From Octopus sinensis (taxonomy: Eukaryota), in NCBI RefSeq assembly GCF_006345805.1, contig NC_042997.1:154938001-155002000 (forward strand): DNA of 64,000 nt. The letters are read 5' to 3'. Each line of letters starts with the position of its first letter. Positions within the stretch are counted from its first letter, which is position 1. The notes under the pieces were generated by a model. It saw only the letters and a list, made by a program, of their open reading frames with translations. It searched no databases and was not told the DNA's origin. The position numbers and the translations under genes are program-made. Below are positions 23,900-34,963 of this stretch, piece by piece.

Positions 23900-24950
23900 T
23901 AGGGTGCTTTGGTTTTTGAGGGTTTTTTTTACTATATCATCTTCCCATTGTTTGCATGCCTTATATCTACTCTCTACCAATCTTTCGGATACCATGCAAC
24001 ACCTATACGAGTCCACGTGTTGCCTGTGAGCTTTGCGACATATCCAGTCCAGCAGAACTTATGCATTCGATGCCGTGATCACATCGTTCACGTCATCCCA
24101 TTCTTGAATTATCGTGTTTTGGATATGCTTCCACAATGGCATTGCTAGTATACATTTTCCCAAGTCCCGCTGTACCATAACCATAGCTATTTTCTGTTGT
24201 TGCTTCATCTTAATAGCCCATGTCTCACTTGCATATAAGAGCGCAGGTAAGACGGTGATTTGGAGAATGGCACATAGAGTATTGTCTGGCTGAGCTTTGA
24301 GCACATCTTTAATCGAGGCAAATGCTTTCCCTCTTGCTCAAGGTTTCAGAACTGATGTCTTGATATATATTGATTGTCTGTCCCAAATAGACGCTCTCCA
24401 TCTTGTCAATTTTATCGTTTCCTGCTACTACTCAGCGTTTTGGGACTGCAGGTATTTTGTTTTCACATGTTTATTTTGAAGCCTACAACTGAACTCAATG
24501 TGTACAGTTCTTTTAGTATGGTCTGCAGCAAATCTGAGGTTTTTGCGAGGAGCCCCATGTCCACGAATCGGAGGTATTTTAACAGCCTGACATTGATGTT
24601 GACGCCACCTTTCCAATCAAGGTCCCTGACAATTTTTGAGACATGCATTGAAAATCTTTAGAGTCACGGTACCTCCTTGTTTGACGCCCTTGCGGACTGA
24701 AACTCTTATAGGTAGTGATGACTGATATATATCGATGGCACATCCCTAGTTCGCCTCACTGAGAGGGTCAATATATTGACCCCGATTCCTTGCATTTCAG
24801 CGAGAATTCAGCGTTGCATTCAAACAGATGCCGCTGTAATGCTTTTAAGTAATTTATGGGGACGATGCAAGAAGACAGCTTATGCTCTTTCTCACGTTCT
24901 AGAAGTTGTGTTGAAGTGAATATGCAGTCTATTGTGTCGTAGTCTTTCCA
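23900..24950 (-). mobile_element. Decayed RTE-clade LINE RT region
   Basis: GVKQGGTV (GVRQGD), LDWKGGVNINVRLLKYLRFVD (LRFADD), SVVGFKINM.KTK and VLPALLYASETWA. Confidence 0.8.
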
Positions 24951-25432
24951 AAAAAATGAAACTTCATAATAAACAATAAAATTCTACAAAAACAGAAGAC
25001 TATGAAGAGGAACTTAAAAATCGCCTTGAGTATTCCGTTCTCTACAATGCGATAAGACATCTGGAAAGAGACTTCGAGAATTGTTTGAAGAAGCTGCTGT
25101 GACTGCAAAAAAGTGGAAGAAAAATCTTAAGAGACTCAAGAGAGAAAGGACACTATAAAATCGGTGTTGATGGTACTCATAAATAAAGACAGGCTCAAGG
25201 TGGCAGACAAAACGGTAGCAGAGAAGGTCAGTGAAATCTATGACCCCCAATCTTACTTTATTAGAAAAGTAATTGGGAAGATCTTAAAAGCAAACAACCC
25301 ATATACTTACTGTCTCACTTCTGCAAGTTGTTTGTAGAAGTCATAGTCACCAGCCTAACAAAAAATGTCAATGACCAACAGCCGACGGGGAAGCAGGTTT
25401 TGGATCTTGCTGCACTAAAGAAATTAAACGAG

Positions 25433-25755
25433 TAAAGACTCTTTCGGTCATGAATGATCATGGGATTACACCTTGAAAGTTTCCCTCCTAGGTACAAGTC
25501 CGAGCAAGATTGTTTATGGAAGACCAGAAGTCGCCCATGCATGCCAGCCTCCCCTCTCTACACCACCGATGTTATCCAAGGGAAAGGCAAAGTCTGATAC
25601 AGCTTGGCGCAACCCATTTCTACAGCTGAGTGAAATGGAGCAACATGAAAGAAAGTGTCTTGCTAAAAAACACAACACACAGCCCTGTCGAGGAATCGAA
25701 CTCACTACCTCATGATTGTAAGCCTGACGTTCTAACCACTGAGTCATGTGCCTTC
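25433..25755 (-). mobile_element. tRNA-derived CORE-type SINE with a distinct 3' tail
   Basis: Minus strand A box TGACTCAGTGG, B box GAGTTCGATTCC, CORE-like GTGTTGTGTTTTTTAGCAAGACACTTT..TTGCTC, tail ...CCCATGATCATTCATGACCGAAAGAGTCTTTAC. Confidence 0.8.
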
Positions 25756-25762
25756 ATATGAG

Positions 25763-25882
25763 ATGCTTACAGCACCCAGGTTTCCCTAGCGGTCACCGAT
25801 CTAAGTACTAACTAGGCTCAACGTTGCTTAGCTTCGGTGATCGGACGAGAACCGGTGCATTCAACATCATATGGCCGTAAGC
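25763..25882 (-). pseudogene. Full-length dispersed 5S rRNA copy, probably a pseudogene
   Basis: GCTTACGGCCATATGATGTTGAATGCACCGGTTCTCGTCCGATCACCGAAGCTAAGCAACGTTGAGCCTAGTTAGTACTTAGATCGGTGACCGCTAGGGAAACCTGGGTGCTGTAAGCAT (120 nt, mollusc-type). Box C is altered (TAGATCGG vs TGGATGGG), there is no oligo-T terminator, and it is a single copy. Confidence 0.9.
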
Positions 25883-25974
25883 AAACTAAAGAAACTATAT
25901 CTGTGTATACTAACACAGACAACACATGCACACACATACGCGTGGATATGCAATCATGCACGTATGCACACATA

Positions 25975-26020
<46 letters not shown>

Positions 26021-26879
26021 AACAAACACACAGGCGTACATATACACACTTACATTCACACACACAGAGACTCACACTCACAGACACACACATACACACA
26101 GACATAATTCATAAAATAATCCCATTTATACCATGAAAAAGTAACTACCGAAGAAAAGATATTGATATTTCTTTTGCAAATTGTTCAATTATTTAATAAT
26201 CATTTGTTATGTTCCAGTTGACGATTCTGTTTATGAAAAGTAATTTTACTTTTAATGTGATTTTGTAAAATTTGAATTACACAAATCAATTTTCTTTTGT
26301 TGGGCCTATTTCCGTTTTCAATTTCCTTACATTGAAGATTTTATCAGTTAATTTATTCCTAATAATTATGTTTCTCTTTCAGGTGGTCGGAACTTCTGTT
26401 GTGGTGACAAGCATTTTCCTTGCCAACAATTCCAATCAGCCAAATCAGAAGTTATGGCGGTACTTAATTAAGATACAAGAATTCATTTAATATACTATAG
26501 AATGCAAAGCCTAGTTATTATTTTGTTGTTGTTGTTGTTATTGTTGAACTAAATCAACTGCAATCCAGCTCGTCTATGATCAAAAGGCATTCCAACCATG
26601 ACAACCCTGCCCATTTTGTCTTTCAAACAGGGTTTCTATCGTCATATTATCTAATGTAAACGTTAGGGTGTTACTTGAGGTAGAGTTGGCTGCTAAATTT
26701 AACAGTACGAACGACCAATTTTACGTACTGTCCCCTTACAGTTTTTTTTTTTCGATAATCCTATAACATGGAAAAAATTACATATATTCGTGTACCGTAT
26801 TTTCTGGACTATGAGCTGAACTGCCCATGAACCCGCAATCCCGAAAACCATAACTTAATCCAAGCAATAGCCTATTGAG

Positions 26880-27330
26880 GCTATGTTCGGCTCTGTTTTA
26901 GAAAGGGCAGCCTTCATATCTGGTGTGATATCCAGTCAATATCCTAACTTCGTTTTAATGGCAAGGAGAGTGGAAAACGCGGTCTCACACTCATAGGTGG
27001 TTGGAAATTGCATCAGTACTTCAAGAGTCATCTTTGTGACATCAGGATATCACCGTGCCATTTCAATCCAAAAGTTAGAACAGCACATTTCACTGAAAAA
27101 AAACTTTTTGCACCTCCATCACCGACCAAATCAATGAACTGCTCTTGAATTAAATTGTCTTCTGCAGGCTGATCGCCAGCACAGAGTACAAAGGGGTTCT
27201 TGATAAAGAGGCAGTTTTTTGTCAAAGTCTCCATTTATTGAACTGGGATACTTCGTTTCGAAATGCCTCCTAAACTTGCTGGGCTTTAGTGAAGTAATCG
27301 CCAAAACCTCGGAGCACAAAAAGAAATTAT
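26880..27330 (-). mobile_element. Internally deleted hAT (Buster/Charlie-like) transposase remnant
   Basis: N-terminal BED-like LCSEVLAITSLKPSKFRRHFETKYP fused to the C-terminal dimerisation region IQEQFIDL...FWIEMA...LMQFPTTYECETAFSTLLAIKTK. Confidence 0.85.
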
Positions 27331-28785
27331 GGTTTCTCTTCTCCACCAGGCTTTATCAAAGTAAAACTGAATTTCAAATAAGATTCGTCATATCTCATTT
27401 TTTTCTTTGGGAGTATTATAAAAAAGATAAAATTCAGTAAGCCAATTTAATATAACTACAGAGTGTATTTATTTCGCACTTATCAGGTATGCATATATGC
27501 CTTATTGTAGCCAGCTTTTGGGTGTACCAATTAACAAAAAAGCTTACCTCTCGCTTGTGGAAGAAAACCAAATGTAAGTGAGATAAACCTCCGTAAACTG
27601 ATAACCATTGAGAAGAGAGTTCTGTCAGAACACATTGCCATGGAAAACAGCCTTGCAGGATGAGAATGGATGTCTGGCAAAGGGCTTGGTCATGTGGGAA
27701 CATGCACCGGTGAGGATAACAACGGCGTAAGAAATGCTAACATGTGGATCGCAATAGTGGAGTGGTGAATCATGTGAGCGTAGAATACCGACGGCACATG
27801 CACGATCAACCGTTATATCCGCATATTTTCCATCGGCCAATCACACTTATTGTACTGCAAGTATGATTAGCGTGCAAACGTTTCTGCCAGCTCTCTGCCT
27901 TTCATGCACATATATATAGGCTGTGTGATGGCACCTTACCAACACATCTTGTTACAAATCCATTACCTAAATAAATCATCTAAAAGTACGAGAGGTATTT
28001 TATCGGTCAAATTTTCGACAGTTATTTCCGTGATTTCATTATTCTTTTGTGTGTGTGTCTGTATGCTTTTTTTACAGTAACGATTCTCTAAATACATCAA
28101 TTTCAGGTCTTCCTATTAATGACAGCTAGGTTCAAATGTATAGATTTCCTTTAAAGAATGAGAAGAGGAAAATTTGAACCAATAAAAACTCTGAACAAAG
28201 AAGCAAAAAAATTTGTTTTCAAGTTTTTTTTTATAGTTAATGAAATATCATTTAATCATTAGATATTATGATGGATAATTCGGTCTCTTAAATAGCAACC
28301 ATTAATTATTGCAAAGGGTTAATTAATAAATTTAATAATGTTATTTTCATCTATCATAAGATCATTGTTCGATAAATTAATTCTGCTATCATTAAATGTG
28401 TAGTATAATTTTATATGAGCATTGTTTGTTTCTTTGTTGTTGTTGTTGTTGTTATCGTTATTATTATCATTGTTGTTGTTGTTGCTGCTGCTGTTGCTGC
28501 TGCTGCTGCTTTTGTTGTTGATGATGTTTGTTGCTGCTGCTGTTTCTGTTGCTTCTACTGCTGTTCTAAAACTGTTTCATCTTTGGAGATGTCAGATCAA
28601 ATCTGTGATTCGCAGGTTCATCGCTTTAAGCTGCGCTTTAATTAAATTTCCTGCGATATAAGAAGGCTTCTGTTTCAACCCTAGACTGATCGCTTCGTTT
28701 CATACAATCCGTTTAAAACAATCGCTATTTTCCTCAGAGGACTATTTTTCCCCTTTTCATTTCTTTCAAATATTGTTTTCAATTA

Positions 28786-29116
28786 CCGTAAACCCTCGAG
28801 TATAATCCGCATTTTTTTCCCAAAATTTAAAGGTCAAAATCCCTAGTGCGTATTATACACGAGGTTAAAAATGAGAAATATCTTCTAAGCAATGTTCGAG
28901 TCTCTATTTGCTGTCCGGCAATGTTTATTCAGACGCGTTTTGTGATGCCGGACGCGAAAATACTTTAAGCTAAGCCTGAAAGCAATGAAGTCAAAAGAAT
29001 CATCCATAACTTGCAGTAAGCAACATTTATTAAACGTTATTACTGTTATTACTTTATTTTCTGCAAACAAAATGCACAAAAATGCTACGTTTGCATTATG
29101 TTATATATACAATAAT
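28786..29116 (-). mobile_element. Truncated pogo/Tc2-like MITE (same family as 51495-51980, opposite orientation)
   Basis: TA|CCGTAAACCCTCGAGTATAATCCGC TIR; the body matches the reverse complement of ~51670-51980. Confidence 0.85.
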
Positions 29117-29835
29117 AATGTGGTTGAGCTTTTTCCCTTTTACCAAGTTACTGTTTACGACGTTTAACATTTCGATAGAAGATCCATTTTTCGTCACCAG
29201 TCACAAGTCTATCCAAAAAGGGTGAAATGAGTTCGCGAGAATGGAGAGAAGAGCAGATGTCAACTTGGAATTTGCGGTTGCTTTCGGAAAATTCATGAGG
29301 CACCCATTTTCCAAGTTTAGGAAGCTTTCCAAGTTGTTGAAGATAACGATGAACAGTTGTATGATTTGAACTAAGCTTTATTGCCAATTCTTCAACTGAT
29401 AATGCAGGATTTTCTTCAAGTATGGCCTCAAGGGGCTTATCATCAAACTCAATTGGACATCCTGTTCAGTCTTCATCTTCAAGGCTGAAATCTCCACTTC
29501 TGAATTTTGCAAACCATTTTCTGCAGGTTCTTTCATTCAAGCATTCTTTCCCATAAACTAAGTGCCTGTTTCGAGTCGTTTCGGCTGCAGAGTTTCCTTT
29601 TTTGTACTCATAAAGCATTATGTGCCTCAATTGCTCTTTGGATACTTCTATGTTAGAAAGGGTTTTAATCAAAGAAATTTTAATTCTGTTATTCTGTAAA
29701 ATAATATTTAATTAGTTTAAATGTACACAAATGCATAAAAATAATTTTTAATTCTATTAGACATTCTAAAATACTATTAAATTTCATTCAGTTCTTAAAA
29801 AGGTAAAATCGGACAGAACTTATGGGATGACCTGA
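29117..29835 (-). mobile_element. Mariner transposon 5' half (transposase pseudogene)
   Basis: TA|TCAGGTCATCCCATAAGTTCTGTCCG TIR; HTH QLRHIMLYEYKKGNSAAE...WFAKFRSGDFSLED, GKWVPHEFS (WVPHEL motif) and LDRLVTGDEKWIFY; in-frame stops. Confidence 0.93.
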
Positions 29836-29989
29836 TACTTTGCCGGGCTTCTGCCAAAATTTAAAACCAATATGGTGACAGGGCGAGAGAGAGAGAAAGA
29901 AATAATTAGCGATAGAGAAAAATGCGGAGCAAAAGCATGGTAAAATCTCCAAGTCGCAAAGCTTTCAATGAGAATCGAGAAGTTATAAT

Positions 29990-30203
29990 CTTTTCTGCTA
30001 TTGGCACAAGGCCTGAAATTTTGGGAGAAGGGGTAAGTCGATCGTATCGACCCCAGTACTCAACTGGTACTTAATTTATCGACCTCGAAAGGATGAAAGG
30101 CAAAGTCGACCTCGGCGTAATTTGAACTCAGAACGCAGCGGCAGACGAAACACTGCTAAGCATTTCGCCTGGCGTGCTAACGATTCTGCCAGCTCGCCGC
30201 CTT
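29990..30203 (-). mobile_element. SINE family B monomer (tail A)
   Basis: Perfect 15-bp TSD TCGAGAAGTTATAAT at 29975-29989 and 30204-30218. Confidence 0.92.
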
Positions 30204-30354
30204 TCGAGAAGTTATAATAGTAAAACACAAAGATTGAACACTGTGGTGAGAGATGAAAAGAGACGGAGGAGACACAAGAAAAAAGAGACGGGGGATAAAA
30301 TGAACGCATACACACAATCTTTCTCAAATATGTGAGAGTCCAATATAAACTGGC

Positions 30355-30652
30355 AAATATTGAAGTATAAACTCATAAAGAAATGTGAGCCAATCCAGAC
30401 ATACGAACTAATACTTATACATAAGCTAATTGCAGAATATAGCTAAAATATGACCCCAATTCTGAATTGTGAACCAATAATGAAATATGAGCCAATAATA
30501 AACTATGAACCAGTTCTGAAATACGGCGAAATACTGAATTCTGTTATAATGTTAAAATACAATCCATAACGCTGAAATAGGTTGCAATGAAAAATAATGA
30601 TTCAATCGTAAAGTATGAGCCAATGGTGAAATATGACCTAATGCTGAAATAA
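30355..30652. repeat. Degenerate 18-bp minisatellite (consensus ~AAATATGAGCCAATGCTG)
   Basis: Units such as AAATATGAGCCAATAATA, AACTATGAACCAGTTCTG, AAGTATGAGCCAATGGTG and AAATATGACCTAATGCTG. Confidence 0.7.
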
Positions 30653-30826
30653 TTTTAATTTCATTGAGCTTCGTTTGCCGTATTAACTGTATTGTACAAT
30701 ACAGTCTATACTTCTAATATACATTGCTTCCTTTACCATTTGTGTGTGTGTGTGTGAAAAAGAAAGAAAGAGTCAGTGAGTCTGTGTGTGGAGTGACAAT
30801 GAGTTCAATATCATCATTAGAGTTAG

Positions 30827-31440
30827 GGTGGCGAAATGGCAGAATTGTTAGCACGCCGGGCGAAATGATTAGCGGTATTTTGTCTGCCGCTACGTTCTGA
30901 GTTCAAATTCCGCCGAGGTTGACTTTGCTTTTCATCCTTTCGGGGTCGATTAAATAAGTACCAGTTACGCACTGGGGTCGATATAATCGACTTAATCCGT
31001 TTGTCTGTCCTTGTTTGTCCCCCTCTGTCTTTAGCCCCTTGTGGGTAATAAAGAAATAGGTATTTTGTCTGCCGCTACGTTCTGAGTTCAAATTCCGCCG
31101 AGGTTGACTTTGCTTTTCATCCTTTCGGGGTCGATTAAATAAGTACCAGTTACGCACTGGGGTCGATATAATCGACTTAATCCGTTTGTCTGTCCTTGTT
31201 TGTTCCCCTCTGTGTGTAGCCCCTTGTGGACAGTAAAGAAATAGGAGTTGTTAGCACACCGGGGAAAATGCTTAGTGGCATTTCGTCTGTCTTTACGTTC
31301 TAAATTCAAATACCACCGAGGTTGATTTTGCCTTTCATCCTTTCGGGGTCGATAAAATAAGTACCAGTTGAATACTGAGGTAGATGTAACCGACTTACCC
31401 CTCCATCAAAATTGCTGGCCTTGTGTCAAAATATGAAACT
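30827..31440 (+). mobile_element. Trimeric SINE family B array inside one TSD
   Basis: Two near-identical 185-bp tail-B units (30874-31058, 31059-31243), then an older tail-A unit. TSD AATAT(C/T)ATCATTAGA(G/A)T(T/C)AG at 30807-30826 and 31441-31460. Confidence 0.9.
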
Positions 31441-31578
31441 AATATTATCATTAGAATCAGAAATATTTCGCCATAATCCGTGCAAACCAAGCTCTAAAAT
31501 GCCAGTTCTCACTTGATTTATCTTAGTTGTTTGCATTTTCGTTCAATATTTATTATTGTTGTTGCTGTTATTGTTGTT

Positions 31579-31609
<31 letters not shown>

Positions 31610-32684
31610 TTGTTGCTGTTATTGTTGTTGTTATTGATTACCAAACGAAAAGCCGCACTGATTTCAGCTCTGTAAGTTTTTGTCAAAAATTTCCGTTTTT
31701 CCGCCAAGTTGAATGTTTGTTTACTAATTTATTTTCGATGTTTTCGAAGAACTCAACAACTGTATCAACACGTGATTGATTTTTTTTTTTTTTTGAAGCT
31801 ATCTTCTCGAAGAGACGAAATTTTCGACTTTTTTTTATTTCAAACCATGTTGGCCCCCTTCTTACCTTCAAAAATCGATTTGAATTCAAACGAATCCATA
31901 ATGATCTTAAAGAGGGAAAAGCACAAAAGCATGAAAGTGAAAAAGTAACTGAGAAAATTTGAGAGAAAGCAAAGAAGCTAAACTGAGGGTGTCATTAATT
32001 TCGCTATCCTTGAGAGGGGTAGTAATGGGATTACGACGACTTCAGGAATATACATAGCGCAGTATGGGAACAGTAGCAACAACAACAGAAATACAGCAAA
32101 ACAACAACAACGAGAAGAACAATAGCGAAAATGAGAACATTACAACCGCAATAAAATATAACGATAATGTTCTGAAATTATGAGTCCTGAGGGAAACAAT
32201 CTGCAACAACGCAAATTCCTTAATTTCCACTGCCACAACCATAGTCACTGTAACCAATCAGAATCACTGGCAACAAAATCAAACAATTGCACCAAAAGTT
32301 CTACAAAGGCAGCTCTTGCAGGAGCAGAAAAAATAATCGAACACGTGCCTATAAGCTTAAGAGAAGTACAAATACACGGTCAGGTAAACGTGAGAGCCGC
32401 ATTGGTGCTGACATTAAAGTTGGCGTCTGCCTTATAATTATCAGAGCGAAATGGTAATTTTCCTAAAGAACTTTCCAAAAGATATGGTAATAAATCTGTT
32501 GTTGTTAACTCAAACAAACCAATCGTGTTATAGTGCAACACAGAGGTGATACGGATAACGGCACTGCAATAAAAAAAAAGAAAAATCCTTAACAATGACA
32601 TTGACAAAACTGCCAACAATGACAACAAAACCATCATCTGCTGAAAACAAAGAAAAACAACAATGTCATCAACAAGAAGAAAAA

Positions 32685-33098
32685 GGCACAGGAGTGGCTG
32701 TGTGGTAAGTAGCTTGCTAGCCAACCACATGGTTCCGGGTTCAGTCCCACTGCGTGGCATCTTGGGCACGTATCTTCTGCTATAGCCCCGGACTGACCAA
32801 TGCCTTGTGAGTGGATTTGGTAGACGGAAACTGAAAGAAGCCTGTCGTATATATGTATATATATAAGTGTGTGTGTATATGTTTGTGTGTCTGTGTTTGT
32901 CCCCCTAGCATTGCTTGACAACCGATGCTGGTGTGTTTACGTCCCCGTCACTTAGCGGTTCGGCAAAAGAGGCCGATAGAATAAGTACTGGGCTTACAAA
33001 GAATAAGTCCCGGGGTCGATTTGCTCGACTAAAGGCGGTGCTCCAGCATGGCCGCAGCCAAATGACTGAAACAAGTAAAAGAGTAAAAAAGAGTAAGT
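32685..33098 (+). mobile_element. Full-length SINE family A
   Basis: GGCACAGGAGTGGCTGTGTGGTAAG...TGACTGAAACAAGTAAAAGAG. An inverted partial copy lies at ~33455-33700 and a head at ~34185-34350. Confidence 0.92.
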
Positions 33099-33684
33099 AA
33101 AAAAAAATAACACAATGGAAAGTGAACAAGAAAAATGTTCACACCGACAAGAGCAACTTAGAAAATGTCGAGAACGTTACCGAAAAGTCAGACGAGAAAA
33201 TGAGAACACAAAAATCAACATCAACAACAACAGAAACAACGAAGGGTATAAAGAATTTTAAAAGCATTAACACCAAGATATATAGATCCCATGGAGGAAT
33301 CTCATCTTCCGACTGAAGATCGTAAGTGAACCTTTATATAAAAAGACTTCAGGCGAATGAACCTTTATATAAAAAGACTTCGGTTATCGTACTTCTAGAG
33401 GACGAGCAAAACCTTCCGGCGAGAAGCATAATCATTTACAGATCATTAATCTTTTATCTCTTATCGTTTACTCGCTTCAGTCATTAGGCTGCGGCCATGC
33501 CGGGGCACCACCTTGAAGTATTTTAGTCGAACGAATCTACTCAGTGCTTAACTTTTATAAACCTGGTATATATTCTATCGTTCTCTTTTTTACCGAACGG
33601 CTAATTTACGGGACGTAAACATGCCAACACCAGTTGTCAAGCAGTGTGGGGGACAAACACAGACACAAACACACAATCACACAC

Positions 33685-33743
<59 letters not shown>

Positions 33744-33825
33744 TATCTAGTCTATTTTCATTCCTCCACTTCACTCTCTATTTCATATCTCTAGAATAAC
33801 TATTGCTTAACCATTTTCTCACACC

Positions 33826-33873
33826 GTCTCCGATGAAGGGATATATAAAATTTCCCGGAAACAGCTGTAAGGC
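33826..33873 (+). ncRNA. Type I hammerhead-like motif with a U4C change (probable Penelope pLTR remnant)
   Basis: GUCU CCGAUGA A-GGGA-UAUAUAAAAUU-UCCC-G GAAAC-AGCU-GUA AGGC: stem I GUCU/AGGC, palindromic stem III, GUA triplet. Confidence 0.55.
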
Positions 33874-34694
33874 CTTCTTTATAAATGTTCCGAAATCTTT
33901 CACAGCCTTGGATTTTTATCACATTCTGTTAATTTATATATATATACGCATGCTGATATGTGACTTACGTTGGATTCCTCGTTCGCATAATCACCGAACC
34001 TGGAACTTAACTATAGTCTATCTATAGCACTTACTCAGCATTACTTGATACCTTTGGGTCTTCTTGACACCATTACCTCTCATAACCTATATATATAGAG
34101 AGAGGGGGGAGGTAATACTCCAGCATGGCCGTAGTCAAATTACTGAAACAAGTAAAAGAATAAAAGAATATATATTGATGACAGGCTTCTTTTAGTTTCC
34201 ATCTAACAAGTCTCCCAAATCTACTTACAAGACTTTGATTAGCCCAAAGTTATAGTAGAAGACATTTTCCCAAGGTGCCACGCTGAAGGACCGAATCCGA
34301 AACCATGTGGTTGAGAAGTAAACTTCTTACCACACGGCCATGCCTGTGCTTCTAAATGTATAAATTTTTTTTTTTTAAAGCTAGAAGAATGCAAATCCTT
34401 CCTCCTGCACTGGCAGAAAGAGCCTGAAAAATTTCAGTGACGCTAGTTGAGCTACAAGGAGAAGTAATAGATTGTCAGTCTTTCTCTTATGAGAAATACT
34501 TGGAGAGCAGATCTGAGAGTCAAATGTTAATCATACTCGAATGCTTTCTTTTTCTAATCGCCAGACCTGTTCCATACCGAAAACACAAAACACACGGTAT
34601 CAATAGAAGTCAAAAAGTCAAAGGGCTTCAAATGTGATGATACTAGGATTCTTGAGCATTTCAGTTCCCTTCTTTCTACATAGGAATGACATTG

Positions 34695-34963
34695 TTCTGT
34701 TGTGTCTGGGGAGAGTCATGTTTTTTGTGTGCCTTATAATGTAACACACTCACCGGTAAAATTTCCACTTATTTCTTATTTTTATTTTCCTAAAATTTCC
34801 GTTGCGTCTTGCAACCTTTTCAATAGTCTTGAGTCTTGAAAAGGTTGCAAGACGCAACGAAAATTTTAGAAAATAAAAATAAGAAATAAGTGGAAATTTT
34901 ACCGGTGAGTGTGTTACATTATAAGGCACAAAAAGAAAATGACTCTCCCCAGACACAACAGAA
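34695..34963. repeat. ~270-bp palindrome (~129-bp arms, 12-nt spacer), probably two inverted Penelope pLTR ends
   Basis: Arms 34695-34823 and 34836-34963 are near-perfect reverse complements. Each begins at the centre with TTGAAAAGGTTGCAAGACGCAACG(G/A)AAATTTTAG. Confidence 0.9.

Noticed and set aside
30874-31243. Tandem repeats superficially like a CRISPR array
   Set aside because: These are eukaryotic SINE units of 185 bp with no unique spacers and no cas genes.
32020-32640. Possible second LINE ORF1 remnant with a decayed zinc knuckle near 32525-32570
   Set aside because: There are too many frameshifts to support by eye.
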